Under the pieces are notes generated by a model. It saw only the letters and a list, made by a program, of their open reading frames with translations. It made no database searches and had not been told where the DNA came from. Below are positions 39,644 to 50,348 of a stretch of DNA of 64,000 nucleotides, piece after piece; positions within the stretch are counted from its first letter, which is position 1, and each line of letters opens with the position of its first letter. The translations under genes and the position numbers were made by a program. The stretch is from a virus (taxonomy: Duplodnaviria > Caudoviricetes), in IMG/VR virus record IMGVR_UViG_3300031994_000097, positions 1,407 through 65,406 of that record; one strand, written 5' to 3'.

Positions 39644-39875
39644 TTGATAAAAGTTTAACAAAGTAGAAACGATATGGTATAATTATGTTATAGAACCTAG
39701 TAATATCAAGGGTTTGATGGGTTTAGGACAACGCATTAGTGAAGAGAGTTAGGAACTTTTATAAAGATTGATAAAAGTTTAACAATGTTGACACAAAAAT
39801 ATCATTAAATCTCTCAAATACAGTAATATCAATGGTTTAACGATATTTCGAGAACGCATTAGTGAAGAGAGTATG
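39644..39875 (+). repeat. tandem ~124-bp duplication, candidate late promoters
   Basis: TTGATAAAAGTTTAACAA, AGTAATATCAA.GGTTT, AACGCATTAGTGAAGAGAGT each twice. Confidence 0.75.
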
Positions 39876-40192
39876 GGATTTTGTTTAAAACATCTCTTTT
39901 TGGATAATTTACGACCTATATTGACGAATAGTGGTCATGTGTAAATTATTGATGTCTGAAAGCGAACACGTAGTCGTGACTAAGACTGTGCCACTAAGTT
40001 TTCTTTGCTTTAGTTGTCGGATGGCACAATAAATATTATTTCTTGCAAGATAGACGAAGAAAAGCGGTAGAAATTACACACACCTAAAGATATGGGGCAT
40101 TTTAGCCAATGCCCCATTCTACCTATAGCTCTATCTTAATAATTTTTGGTTACAATTGATTTATAATTTATAGATTTTGGAGGAAAATAACT

Positions 40193-40663
40193 ATGAACAT
40201 CGGAGGAATTAAAACTACTAAGCGGCAGAAAGGTGAGCCGTATTCTAAGGGTAGAACATTGCATACAGAAGAAGGTCATATCAGTACTCAGCAGTTGATT
40301 ACAGCTATCAGAAAGCATGAGAACATACAGAACTTAGATAGAGATATGACTAATGAAGAGATTAGAGCTGTGATTACAGCGTTTGCAGATGTAATATTTA
40401 CTACTTGTCAGCTTAATCTAGCAGTACCATTCCCTAATATGGGTATGTTTAGACCTTTTAGAAAAAAGGGATTTAAAGGTGGAACAATTACAGCACCAAT
40501 GGCAGGTAGTGGTCAGATTACTAAAGATTCACCTATCGCCACATATTACGTTGCACCAAAGCCAGATTATTCAGTTATCAAGTTTGACGTATCGGGAACT
40601 GTTAATAAGATGTTTAGAGCATTAACAGAGGACGATGAACCTACTATCAGAGAAGATGAGTAA
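40193..40663 (+). CDS. HU/IHF-like DNA-binding protein
   Basis: VITAFADVI...VPFPNMGMF.P..K...IKF.VS. Confidence 0.65.
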   Translation: MNIGGIKTTKRQKGEPYSKGRTLHTEEGHISTQQLITAIRKHENIQNLDRDMTNEEIRAVITAFADVIFTTCQLNLAVPFPNMGMFRPFRKKGFKGGTITAPMAGSGQITKDSPIATYYVAPKPDYSVIKFDVSGTVNKMFRALTEDDEPTIREDE

Positions 40664-40665
40664 TT

Positions 40666-41457
40666 ATGCGTAAGTTTAGTTATAAAGACTTTTGTGATAA
40701 TATTACGGCAAATATACCACTATCATATCACATTACTTCTCAGATAGTCAATCGTGTATGGAAAGAAATGGTTAAGTATATTTTGATTGAATTACAACGT
40801 AATAGAGAAGTATATTTGCCTTACATTGGCTATATTTACATTGACGAAAAGGAAAATGTAGAAGTGCCTAATTATCGTGGTAATAATACACGCAAAGTCA
40901 GAAAAATAGATTGGGTAGAGTTTAAGCCATTTAAGATATTCTTAGATGGTATAAATGTACTCGATACTAACGATGAAAAGAAATTGGATAAATATTTACA
41001 TAAAAATCGAATTACAGAAGATGAATTTATTAAACAAGACTTTGATGAATATGTTGAAAAATTCGTAGAGCCGTATTACAATGATAAGGAACTAGCTACA
41101 GTTAAGGAAATTATCAAAGGTCATAAGATGGAAGATGATATATTAGCTAAAATCGCAAGTGATTCATACAAAAGACCATATACTGTATTAGGACAACGTA
41201 ATTCGGTTTATGTAAAATATAAAGACAGTGATAATCATGAACGTATCGAAAACATGAATGTAGCTGTAAAGAAATTAGGATTATCTAAATACAAATGTTA
41301 TGATTTCTATTGGAAAAATTTTAAGAAATGTTGGGAAGAAGATTTACTAATAGATTTCTTAGATTCACCTACCGAAGTATGGTTAGTTGGAAATTATGAA
41401 CAAGCAAAAAAGAAAGGCTGGTTCTATAAGAATCAGTATGGAGGAAAACATGGCTAA
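40666..41457 (+). CDS. protein with HU-like N-terminal domain
   Basis: VW..MV..I..EL....EVYLPYIG.I...VEFKP. Confidence 0.55.
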   Translation: MRKFSYKDFCDNITANIPLSYHITSQIVNRVWKEMVKYILIELQRNREVYLPYIGYIYIDEKENVEVPNYRGNNTRKVRKIDWVEFKPFKIFLDGINVLDTNDEKKLDKYLHKNRITEDEFIKQDFDEYVEKFVEPYYNDKELATVKEIIKGHKMEDDILAKIASDSYKRPYTVLGQRNSVYVKYKDSDNHERIENMNVAVKKLGLSKYKCYDFYWKNFKKCWEEDLLIDFLDSPTEVWLVGNYEQAKKKGWFYKNQYGGKHG

Positions 41458-41629
41458 AGCTAAATTTGATGTATATGAGCAGACAGATATTTGTGCTGTT
41501 CTTGATGTAAACGAAGATAATGAACTTGTAATTATCGTAGATGAGAACGCTTATAATCTCGATAAGATTCTTAGAGCTAATCTTGGGTCAGTGATTACAA
41601 TGAAACTGACTAAGGACACAGCAGAATAA
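41450..41629 (+). CDS. YonK-like small protein
   Basis: GGAGG RBS; YNLDKILRANLGSVITMKL; synteny. Confidence 0.55.
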   Translation: MAKAKFDVYEQTDICAVLDVNEDNELVIIVDENAYNLDKILRANLGSVITMKLTKDTAE

Positions 41630-41633
41630 GGCG

Positions 41634-42818
41634 GTGTTTATGACACTGAAAGAACAGAATTTAACTGATGAACAGTATAAGAACTGTTTATCAGATATAG
41701 ACGATAAGTTAAATGGTAAAAGTGATTTAGATTGGTCTGAGATTGTAGCTAAATATAATCTAAATATTGCAAGTGATACATTGCGTAAAGCTAGTTCAAC
41801 AATCTTTGGTGGCAACTTCGTGAGGCATTATTTTGAGAGCCAAAACAATGATACCAAAGATAGTAACTATGATATACAGTTACGAGAAATACGTAGAGAG
41901 AAACAGAAACTCTTTGATGAAAGAGCGGCTTTTAATAAGTCTAACAGAGATGTAGCAAGATTAGAACAAGATTTAGATTATCTTGAAGAACTGATTAAGA
42001 ATACACAGTATAAACCTTTTGATATTGTTTATCATAATGACAGAGATAAGGATTTAGTTGTACTGTTATCTGATTTACACATTGGACTCGATGTAGAAAG
42101 CAGTTTTGGCAAGTATAATTCAGATATTGCTAAAGAGATGTTAGGTAAATATCTTGGAGAAGTTATTAACGCTATTGAATTATACAAAATACAGAATGTG
42201 TATGTTATGTTACTTGGCGATTTTACGAGCGGGAATATACATACAACCGTACAGTTGCAGAATAGAGAAAATGTTATTGAACAGATTCAGCTTGCATCAG
42301 AAATGACAAGCGATTTTATTTATAACATTGCGAAACATTGTGATAATGTTGTTGTTAATTCTGTTGGCGGTAATCATTCGAGGCTTGGTAAAAAGGATGA
42401 TGTGTTAAGAGATGAGCGATTGGATAATCTTGTTATATGGTATGCAGAGGCTAAGTTAAGTAATATCGCTAATGTTCGTTTTGAAACAGAAGAGAATATC
42501 GACCCAACAATAGCCAAAAATACTATTCGTGGTAAAGTATATTACTCTGTACATGGTGATTATGATAGTTATTCTGAAAGTGGAATTAATAGACTTGTAG
42601 CTATGACCAAAGAGTTCCCTTGTGCAATCTGTTTTGGACATTTGCACAAGAATAGTTATGACGATATTAATGATATAAAGATTATTCGTAGTGGTTCTTT
42701 TGCAGGTACATATGATGATTATACCATTAGTAAAAGAATTAGTGGTAAACCATCACAAGCAATGTTTGTTGTTGATGAAACAGGTGTTAAGAATTTTATA
42801 CCTGTGGATTTATCATAA
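41634..42818 (+). CDS. calcineurin-like metallophosphoesterase (YonJ-like)
   Basis: SDLH, LGD, GNH, HGD, GHLH motifs. Confidence 0.85.
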   Translation: MFMTLKEQNLTDEQYKNCLSDIDDKLNGKSDLDWSEIVAKYNLNIASDTLRKASSTIFGGNFVRHYFESQNNDTKDSNYDIQLREIRREKQKLFDERAAFNKSNRDVARLEQDLDYLEELIKNTQYKPFDIVYHNDRDKDLVVLLSDLHIGLDVESSFGKYNSDIAKEMLGKYLGEVINAIELYKIQNVYVMLLGDFTSGNIHTTVQLQNRENVIEQIQLASEMTSDFIYNIAKHCDNVVVNSVGGNHSRLGKKDDVLRDERLDNLVIWYAEAKLSNIANVRFETEENIDPTIAKNTIRGKVYYSVHGDYDSYSESGINRLVAMTKEFPCAICFGHLHKNSYDDINDIKIIRSGSFAGTYDDYTISKRISGKPSQAMFVVDETGVKNFIPVDLS

Positions 42819-42819
42819 T

Positions 42820-42856
42820 GGGCGTAGAGGTCGTAGGTTCGAGTCCTACCGCGCCC
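42820..42856 (+). ncRNA. tRNA T-arm/minihelix-like hairpin
   Basis: GGGCG...GTAGG-TTCGAGT-CCTAC..CGCCC then T-run; no D arm. Confidence 0.45.
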
Positions 42857-42897
42857 TTTTTAAAATATATTTAAATACAAATACGTGAAAGTAGGTA

Positions 42898-44100
42898 ATG
42901 CCTATGAAATTCTATGATACAAATGCTTTATTAGAATTACAAGAAGAAATACTAACTGAGGATTTTGCAGTATCATCTGTTAGTTTAGAAGAGCTAGAAA
43001 ATATAAAGACAAATAAGTATAAAACAGAGGAAGTGCGTTATAAAGCAAGAAAATTGGTTCATTTACTTGATGAGAATAGCGATAAATATCATGTTGTTGT
43101 TTACACGACAGAAATTGAACAGCTTATCATTGACTTAGGCATTGAAATAAATAACGATAATAAAATCTGTGCTTGTGCAAAATATTTTAGTCACGATAAT
43201 GATATAATTTTCGTGACAAATGATTTATGTTGTCGTGTAATAGCTGAGAATTTGTTTAATTTAACGGTAAGTCATGCTAAGAGTAATGATTCCGATATTT
43301 ATAAAGGCTATAAGGAATTAAGAGGCAATACAGCTCAAATTAACGAAAAATTATATGACGATAATTATATTAACTCATTTGCGGTTAATGAATATATTTT
43401 AATATATAACACAGATACAAATGAAGAATCCGAAATGAGATTCGACGGAAAACAGTTTGTACCTTTGAAGTTGCCATCAGCTAAATATATTAAAGCTAAA
43501 AATCCATTACAGCGTTGTGCCTTAGATATGCTTAATAACCCTAATATTACCATATGTGCGGTATTAGGTGGATATGGTAGTGGTAAGTCTTATCTTGCTA
43601 TGCAGATGGCTTTATATGCCGTTAGAGAAAAAGGATGGCAGAGTAAGATACTTGGCGTTAGGGAGGCTCTTGGAGAAGGACGTGAAGTTGGGTACTTAGC
43701 AGGAACTTTTGAGGAAAAGACATATAATTTCTTTTTACCATTAGTACAGCAGTTAAATGGGGGAGAATTTGAATTAGAAAACCTTAAAAGACAAGGAATA
43801 TTGGAGTCTACAATTCCATTCTACTTAAAAGGACAGACTTTTCCTAGTACTGTAATATTAGTAGACGAAGCAGAGGATTTATCTGAAAAACAGATAAGGC
43901 TCGTTGGTACAAGAGTAGGCGAAGATTCTAAGATTATTTTTGATGGTGATTACAAGCAAGCCATTGGAAACAATACTAAAACTAATCCCTTAACAAGAAT
44001 GTGTAACGAGCTAAAGGGTAATGATAAATTTGCTTGTATTTACTTAGATGAAGATGTTCGTAGTTCTACAAGTAAATTATTCACAAATATATTTGAATGA
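42898..44100 (+). CDS. PIN-domain PhoH-like ATPase
   Basis: YDTNAL PIN start, TNDL; GGYGSGKS Walker A; KGQTF, DEAED, GDYKQ. Confidence 0.9.
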   Translation: MPMKFYDTNALLELQEEILTEDFAVSSVSLEELENIKTNKYKTEEVRYKARKLVHLLDENSDKYHVVVYTTEIEQLIIDLGIEINNDNKICACAKYFSHDNDIIFVTNDLCCRVIAENLFNLTVSHAKSNDSDIYKGYKELRGNTAQINEKLYDDNYINSFAVNEYILIYNTDTNEESEMRFDGKQFVPLKLPSAKYIKAKNPLQRCALDMLNNPNITICAVLGGYGSGKSYLAMQMALYAVREKGWQSKILGVREALGEGREVGYLAGTFEEKTYNFFLPLVQQLNGGEFELENLKRQGILESTIPFYLKGQTFPSTVILVDEAEDLSEKQIRLVGTRVGEDSKIIFDGDYKQAIGNNTKTNPLTRMCNELKGNDKFACIYLDEDVRSSTSKLFTNIFE

Positions 44101-44110
44101 GGTATGAAAC

Positions 44111-44371
44111 ATGAAAAATAAAAGTATCATTGCATTATTAGTAGGTTTTTCCATACCTCTAGTATTTATGCCTATATTGAATGATATAGTGGAAATTATT
44201 TGTAATCAGTGTGAAATCATTAAAGGCTCACAGATAAAAAAGATTACAAAAATCAATATTGAAAATTCTAAATTACAAGAGGAACTAGAAGTAGCACAAG
44301 AACCAATTAACACAAATGTTATTGGCTTTGAAGTTCCCAATGTTGAGGAATATGATGAATACGATGAATAA
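44111..44371 (+). CDS. small membrane-anchored protein
   Basis: N-terminal hydrophobic helix; NVIGFEV acidic tail. Confidence 0.7.
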   Translation: MKNKSIIALLVGFSIPLVFMPILNDIVEIICNQCEIIKGSQIKKITKINIENSKLQEELEVAQEPINTNVIGFEVPNVEEYDEYDE

Positions 44372-44449
44372 TAAGCTATTTTAGCTTATTTCCCATAAGG
44401 CAACGTCAATTCCTCCACGTTGCCTTTTAGATAGAAAGTTGGTGGAATA

Positions 44450-45367
44450 ATGGCAGTAAAAATAAATGTATGTCATTGTATATCTTGTCAGAGAGGTTAT
44501 CCAATTGATAGATTTTATAAAACTAAATCGAATACAACTTTTTTACCCGAGGGTGTAATACCTTATTGCGAGAATTGTTGTGAAGATATATTTAATTATT
44601 ATCTGTCTAAGACACAAGATGTGCAAGAAGCATATAGGTTTACTTGCGCAAAAGTGGATATACCTTTTATACAAAAGGTGTACGATACTGTTTCTCAGTA
44701 CAATGAGAAATTGATGAAAAATAAACGTAATAAAGAAAATCCTAATGAACATATGTTTAAGAATTATTATATGTTTCTTTGGGGTGAAAAATCAATAGAA
44801 TCAGATATTGATAAATGGAATGATTATTCTGATAGTGATATACCATATACCGCAATTGTTAAATCTGATAGTAATGATAGTGGAATAGATGACTATACTA
44901 GATTTGAATTAGATTGGGGCAAGCAAGATTATGACGATTATCAGTTCTTGGAATACAGATTTGATTATTGGACTAAGGATAAAGTCATAGATAAAGTTCA
45001 AGAGGAATATTATCGACAGCTTTGTTTGATTGAACTTAGGAAAAGAAAGAAAGAATCTAATAAAAGCGAAAGTGGTATAGGAGAATCAACTAAAGAAGAA
45101 CAAGAGCTTATCATGAAACTTATTGATAAGTTAAAAATTGCTAACTTTGAAGAGGTTAAGCAAAAAAGTTTAACAGAGCAAATGATTGAAAATCAAATAT
45201 TTGAAGTTGAAAATCATGAGCCTTGTGAAGTTATAGACAAAGAGTATTACAAAGATTATTGCGATATTGGTAAAAATTGGGGTAAACAAATATTGAGAGC
45301 AGTTAAAAACATATTATCGGGTTCTGCTGAATTCCCTAATATCAATGAAGATATGAGTAAATGGTAA
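44450..45367 (+). CDS. probable terminase small subunit (zinc-finger N-terminus)
   Basis: CISC...YCENC; directly upstream of large terminase. Confidence 0.55.
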   Translation: MAVKINVCHCISCQRGYPIDRFYKTKSNTTFLPEGVIPYCENCCEDIFNYYLSKTQDVQEAYRFTCAKVDIPFIQKVYDTVSQYNEKLMKNKRNKENPNEHMFKNYYMFLWGEKSIESDIDKWNDYSDSDIPYTAIVKSDSNDSGIDDYTRFELDWGKQDYDDYQFLEYRFDYWTKDKVIDKVQEEYYRQLCLIELRKRKKESNKSESGIGESTKEEQELIMKLIDKLKIANFEEVKQKSLTEQMIENQIFEVENHEPCEVIDKEYYKDYCDIGKNWGKQILRAVKNILSGSAEFPNINEDMSKW

Positions 45368-45368
45368 T

Positions 45369-46299
45369 ATGCAAGAAATATTTAAAGCAAAACCATTTAA
45401 AAACACAACTGAATCCCAAAATAAGTTAAGCCAATTAATCGCAAACAGAAAAAAGACAGAAGAAAATAGACCAAAAAAACTTTCCGAAGAAGAAAGAAAA
45501 AATCGAATCAAGAATTGGACTACATTTTATCGTAGAAATATTAACTTATATGTGGAACATAGATTAGGAATTAAATTACATCCTTTTCAGCATATAATGT
45601 TATATCTAATGTGTATATCACAATATTGGTTCGCAATTTGTTCGAGAGGATTAAGTAAATCCTTTATAGTGGCGATATATGCAATGGCTACTGCACTTTT
45701 GAAACCATATAGTGAAATACATATTACAGCCGTAACAATTCCGCAAGCAAAGAAAATGGTTCAAGAAAAGATGGATAGAGAGGCTTGCGAAAAATTATCG
45801 CCTGTGCTAAAATATCTTAAAGACGAGGGTAAAATCGTATTTAAATATGGTGACCAGATAGTAGTAGAATTTTGGAATGGTAGTAGAATTTGGGTAGACG
45901 TTGCAGACGACTCCAGCCGTGGCGGAAGAGCAACTGTACTCATTTACGAAGAATGTAGACTTTTAAAGAAAGCTATCATTGATAGTGTATTCTCAAAAAT
46001 GGCTCATCCAAGACAAGCGGCTTTCTTAAAAGAGAAAGACCCTATTACAGGTGAACAATATAATAAAAACCCTAGATGGATGGAAGAATGTCAAGAAATT
46101 TATATTACATCTGCAAGATTTAAATCGGAATGGTTTTATAATCAGTTTAAGAAAACTGTAATAGAATGTTATACGAATAGACATATTGAATATAATTTCT
46201 TTGCAGGAGATATATTCTTATCAATGATGTTCGGATTAAAAACAAAAGCTGATTATATTAAATCTAAGAAAATGTCAAATGAGCTAGAGTTCATGATGG
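45369..46299 (+). CDS. terL: terminase large subunit, exon 1 (ATPase)
   Basis: SRGLSKS Walker A, RGGRAT.LIYEE Walker B, ITSA motif. Confidence 0.85.
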
Positions 46300-47581
46300 T
46301 AAAATGCCATGTATATACGGTAACGTGTATATACTCTGTGTTAAATGCTTTGAAAACCTAAAGCCTTATAGCCTAAACAGTAATTGGAAACGATAAGCTG
46401 AATGGCAACGAAAGTAGAAAAAAGTATAAGGATGAATATATGGTTAAATCCTAAGTATTCGTTATAATGGTAGTTTAGCAGGGAATGACCTAAGTTTTTT
46501 ATAATATGGTAAACCCTCAACGAGTAGCCGATTGTGTCGGCGGCTTTACGCCTTAATGTAGCCTACAAGCTAATGGTAGGTGAAAAATACAGCTCCTTAT
46601 TGAATTATAGTGGAATATAAGGATGAACAAGTACTCTCATACCATGTGAAAGCATGGGAAGTTTATAAAAACTGTTTAATGGTTGCGACATTAAATGAAG
46701 GAAGGAAATAACTAAGCCTACGATGAAATATGCTGAATTTACTAAAAATATAATTTACGAAAGACAATGTGGTATATATATAATTACTTGCGATAATGCG
46801 AGTGAAGATACTGGTGTTTATATCGGTCAATCAATGGATATTCATAAAAGATGGTTAGCACATATGAATGAGTTAAAAAGTAACCGACACCACAACCAAC
46901 ATCTTCAAAATGTTTATAATAAATATGGAGAAAATAGCCTTAATTTTGATATACTTGAATTGTGTTCACAAGATAAACTAAATGAAAGAGAGATATTTTA
47001 TATCAATTATTTTGATAGTTTTAAACATGGAATGAATAGAACTATCGGCGGCGATGGAACAAAAGGATTTAAATATACAGAAGAAATGAGATTAGCTAGA
47101 ACAGGAGAAAACTCCCATTGGTGGGGAAGGAAACATGAAGAAGGTTGGTATGAAAAAATATTACCATACATTTTAGCTGTGATATGCAAACCTGTATTGC
47201 AAATTAGTAAAGACACATTTGAAATTATAAAAGAATACCCTTCTATAAGTGATGCCGCTAGAGATATGAAATGTTCAACACAAGCAATCAGTAGATGTTT
47301 GAATGGTCAGAGTAAAACATCAATGGGTTATATTTGGATATTTAAAGAAGATTATAAAAATGGAAGAAAACCACAAAAAGTAAATTATGTTAAATATAAA
47401 AGAGTATGTCAAAGAGATAAAGATACTTTAGAAATTATAAAATATTATCCGACTATAGAAGAAGCCGAAAGAGTTATGAATAATAACGATGGAAAAAGAC
47501 ATCATAACATTGCGGCTTGTTTAAGTCATAGACAAAAAACAGCATATGGATATATATGGACTTATCAAACCTAAATAAATG
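46300..47581 (+). mobile_element. group I intron in terminase gene
   Basis: P1 ATGGT/GCCAT, P3 CTGTGTT/AATACAG, R TCAACGAGTA, S AAGTACTCT, GNRA hairpins; removal restores MMEDLNLMIG. Confidence 0.8.
46723..47574 (+). CDS. intron-encoded GIY-YIG homing endonuclease with NUMOD repeats
   Basis: CGIYII...YIGQS..I.KR..H; two YPSI.EA..(T)A.GYIW repeats. Confidence 0.9.
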   Translation: MKYAEFTKNIIYERQCGIYIITCDNASEDTGVYIGQSMDIHKRWLAHMNELKSNRHHNQHLQNVYNKYGENSLNFDILELCSQDKLNEREIFYINYFDSFKHGMNRTIGGDGTKGFKYTEEMRLARTGENSHWWGRKHEEGWYEKILPYILAVICKPVLQISKDTFEIIKEYPSISDAARDMKCSTQAISRCLNGQSKTSMGYIWIFKEDYKNGRKPQKVNYVKYKRVCQRDKDTLEIIKYYPTIEEAERVMNNNDGKRHHNIAACLSHRQKTAYGYIWTYQT

Positions 47582-48552
47582 AAGATTTGAACTTGATGAT
47601 TGGTATAGCTGAAAATGCTTTCTTTGACCGAGATGATTTTAAGAAAAATCAGATAATACAAAGAGCTTTTACTCCACCGACTATTGAACAAATAATTACT
47701 AATTCCGATAAAACGTTAAATAGAACTAAACGAGATAACGAATATCGTATTTTGTTTGTCGATTATGCGTTTGCGAATACTACAAGTAAAGAAGCTAATG
47801 ATAATACTGTTATTGGCTGTATGTATGGTATTTATGAAGATGGCGAAATAAAACGTGGTGTAGATTATTTAACACAACATAGTGCAAGTGATTCAATTGG
47901 AACTGAACATCTAATCAGAACTTTATTTCAACAATATCACGCCGATTATCTCATCATTGACCTCAGAAACGGTGGTGAGATAGCGTACACGCAACTTACT
48001 ACAGAGTGGATTAATCCCGAATATCCTAAAGAATTATGGAATTCACATGGATTAATTGTATGTTCTGATGAAGAATTAAATGTAGTTCCTAAAAATAAAA
48101 TTGATGATTTAAATAATCGTGCAGTTGATAAGCAAGGTGTTCAATGTATCATACCATTTGTAGGCACAGCCGAATTAAACTCTAACATATGGATTCAATT
48201 AAAGAAAGATTTGACACAAGAAAAAATCAGCTTTCTTATTGATGACTTAGATTTTGAAGCTCAATTTGAAAATACAGAGGAATACTATAGTTTATCGGCA
48301 GAAGAAAAAGTATTAATAAGATTACCATATACACAAACAATGTTGCTCATTAACGAAGCAGTCAATCTAACGCAAGAATGGAAAGATGGTAAGGTCAAAT
48401 GTATTGAGGGAAGGTCGGCAACAAAAGATAAAATTGTTGCTTGTGCTTATGGTAATTATTTCTTTAGTTTACTAGAGAATAAACTACAAATATCCGAACA
48501 AAATGGAGATAATGTTAATTTAGACGATTGGAAATTCTTAGCAGGTTTCTAA
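47582..48552 (+). CDS. terL: terminase large subunit, exon 2 (nuclease)
   Basis: FVDYA..NDNT, IIDLRNGG, KDKIVACAYG. Confidence 0.85.
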
Positions 48553-48567
48553 TCAGAAAGGTTTAAA

Positions 48568-50163
48568 ATGGCAGAAGAATTAACTAAGGAGCAAGTTATA
48601 TCTACTTTAGAATTTGCTAGTGGACTATATGAACCGATTATAGGTAAGTATGGTTATTACACACCACAGATTCTTAATGATGAGCTTGTAAAGTTAAACA
48701 ATAATGCATTAAAACCAACATATGACAAGATAGATAAGGCATTAGATACGCCTATTGAAAGTGCTGAATTATTGCAGACTTATTCAACATGGGCGAAATT
48801 TTCCGAGGCTATTTATGCTAAGACAATAAATTATTTCAGTAATATGTTATCATTTGATGTTAGACGACAATGTATTAATGCTAAATCTAAAAGCGATTAT
48901 AATTCGACTGAGTACAAAGAAGATTTAGATAGAGTATATAAATTCTTTAGAACATTTGACCATAAACGAGAATTCAAGAAAATGGTTAATGAAATGCTGA
49001 AAAAGAATGTCGTGTACACATGGTATCGTGATAATAGAGATGAACATACACCACAGAAATCTTTACAGATGTTACCACAAGAGTATTGTAAGATAACTGC
49101 GGATAGTTCAATTTGTCCTCTATTTGACTTTGATATGGGATATTTTCTGAATAGTGGAACGAACATAGATTTGTTTGACCCAATATTCAAAAAGTATTAT
49201 AATGATATATTTACAGAAAAGAGTAATAAGAGATATAGTTTAAAAGCTAACCCGCTTAATGCAAAGGGCGGTAGTTTTGCTTATTGGCAACATACTAGTC
49301 CTATTAATGGAGCGTGGTGTTTCGTGTTTACCGATGGTAACTATAATGAAATTCCACCTTTTAGTTTCTTATTGCGTACTTCTGTTCTTAATCCCGAAAT
49401 TGAAGGATTACAGAGAGATAAAGATATCATATCAGCATATGGTTTAATTTATGGTGAAATGGAAACCACAAATAAGGCACAGTCTGGTCAAGTACCAAAC
49501 AATACAGCTTTTAACTCTAAAACTATGGGTCAGTTCTTACAACTTATAGCAAGTGGATTAAACAGACATTTCAAACCATTAGCATTTCCTTTAAAGGAAG
49601 TGGAATTTAAACAGTTTGATGATAGTAACTCAGATATGTCTATAGACCAATATACTAGTAGTGCGGCACAAGGAGCTAGTGCTAGTTCTTTAATATACAC
49701 TACTGAGAAAATGGGCGTAGAAGAGTTTAAAAATGCTCTATTTACTGATTATTTATTGATGAAGCAGTTATATAGACAGTTTGATGCATTTCTTAATTAT
49801 TTTGTAAATCAAAAGACAAGAAAGTACAAATTTAAATTCACTTGCGAGGGTAGTGATTATCCTAGTATTAGAGAAGAACTTACAAATAGAGTTAAAAGTT
49901 TAGCAGATAGAGGTATAGTAGGTAATATCTCATTATGGGAACAAGCGTTTGGTTATGGTGTAGGTGAATTAGATACCATGTGTGATGAAGGTATCTCACA
50001 AGATAAACTACAGCTTATGCTTAATCCTAATACTGCCACCGATGATAATACTGCGACTAGTAGTGATAAAGGTGGTAGACCTACAAAATCATCTAGTCAA
50101 ATGACGGAAAGTTCACAAGTATCACAAGATATTAATGGTGAACAGAAATCAGAGGTGATTTGA
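48568..50163 (+). CDS. portal protein
   Basis: 531 aa after terminase; C-terminal GGRP tail. Confidence 0.75.
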   Translation: MAEELTKEQVISTLEFASGLYEPIIGKYGYYTPQILNDELVKLNNNALKPTYDKIDKALDTPIESAELLQTYSTWAKFSEAIYAKTINYFSNMLSFDVRRQCINAKSKSDYNSTEYKEDLDRVYKFFRTFDHKREFKKMVNEMLKKNVVYTWYRDNRDEHTPQKSLQMLPQEYCKITADSSICPLFDFDMGYFLNSGTNIDLFDPIFKKYYNDIFTEKSNKRYSLKANPLNAKGGSFAYWQHTSPINGAWCFVFTDGNYNEIPPFSFLLRTSVLNPEIEGLQRDKDIISAYGLIYGEMETTNKAQSGQVPNNTAFNSKTMGQFLQLIASGLNRHFKPLAFPLKEVEFKQFDDSNSDMSIDQYTSSAAQGASASSLIYTTEKMGVEEFKNALFTDYLLMKQLYRQFDAFLNYFVNQKTRKYKFKFTCEGSDYPSIREELTNRVKSLADRGIVGNISLWEQAFGYGVGELDTMCDEGISQDKLQLMLNPNTATDDNTATSSDKGGRPTKSSSQMTESSQVSQDINGEQKSEVI

Positions 50164-50348
50164 TGATTATATTAAAAGCACCTACTGATAAAGATAATTA
50201 TATACCAATATCCGATATAAATGTCAACAAAGAATTACAAAAACATGGATTTTTCCCTTTATATTGGGATGATGATAATGTTATGTATTATAAAAAAAAT
50301 ATTGAGTTGAAAGAATATTTAGAGAAAGTTGGTGAAATTTTTGAGTAA
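50160..50348 (+). CDS. small hypothetical protein
   Basis: GAGGTG RBS; between portal and protease. Confidence 0.6.
   Translation: MMIILKAPTDKDNYIPISDINVNKELQKHGFFPLYWDDDNVMYYKKNIELKEYLEKVGEIFE

Noticed and set aside
46300-46361. C-terminal VKCHVYTV... of 330-aa terminase ORF as a real end
   Set aside because: Read-through into the intron; terminase continues at 47582
46299-47580. Group II intron (GT...AT ends)
   Set aside because: No GTGCG start, domain V or reverse transcriptase; group I core and GIY-YIG ORF present
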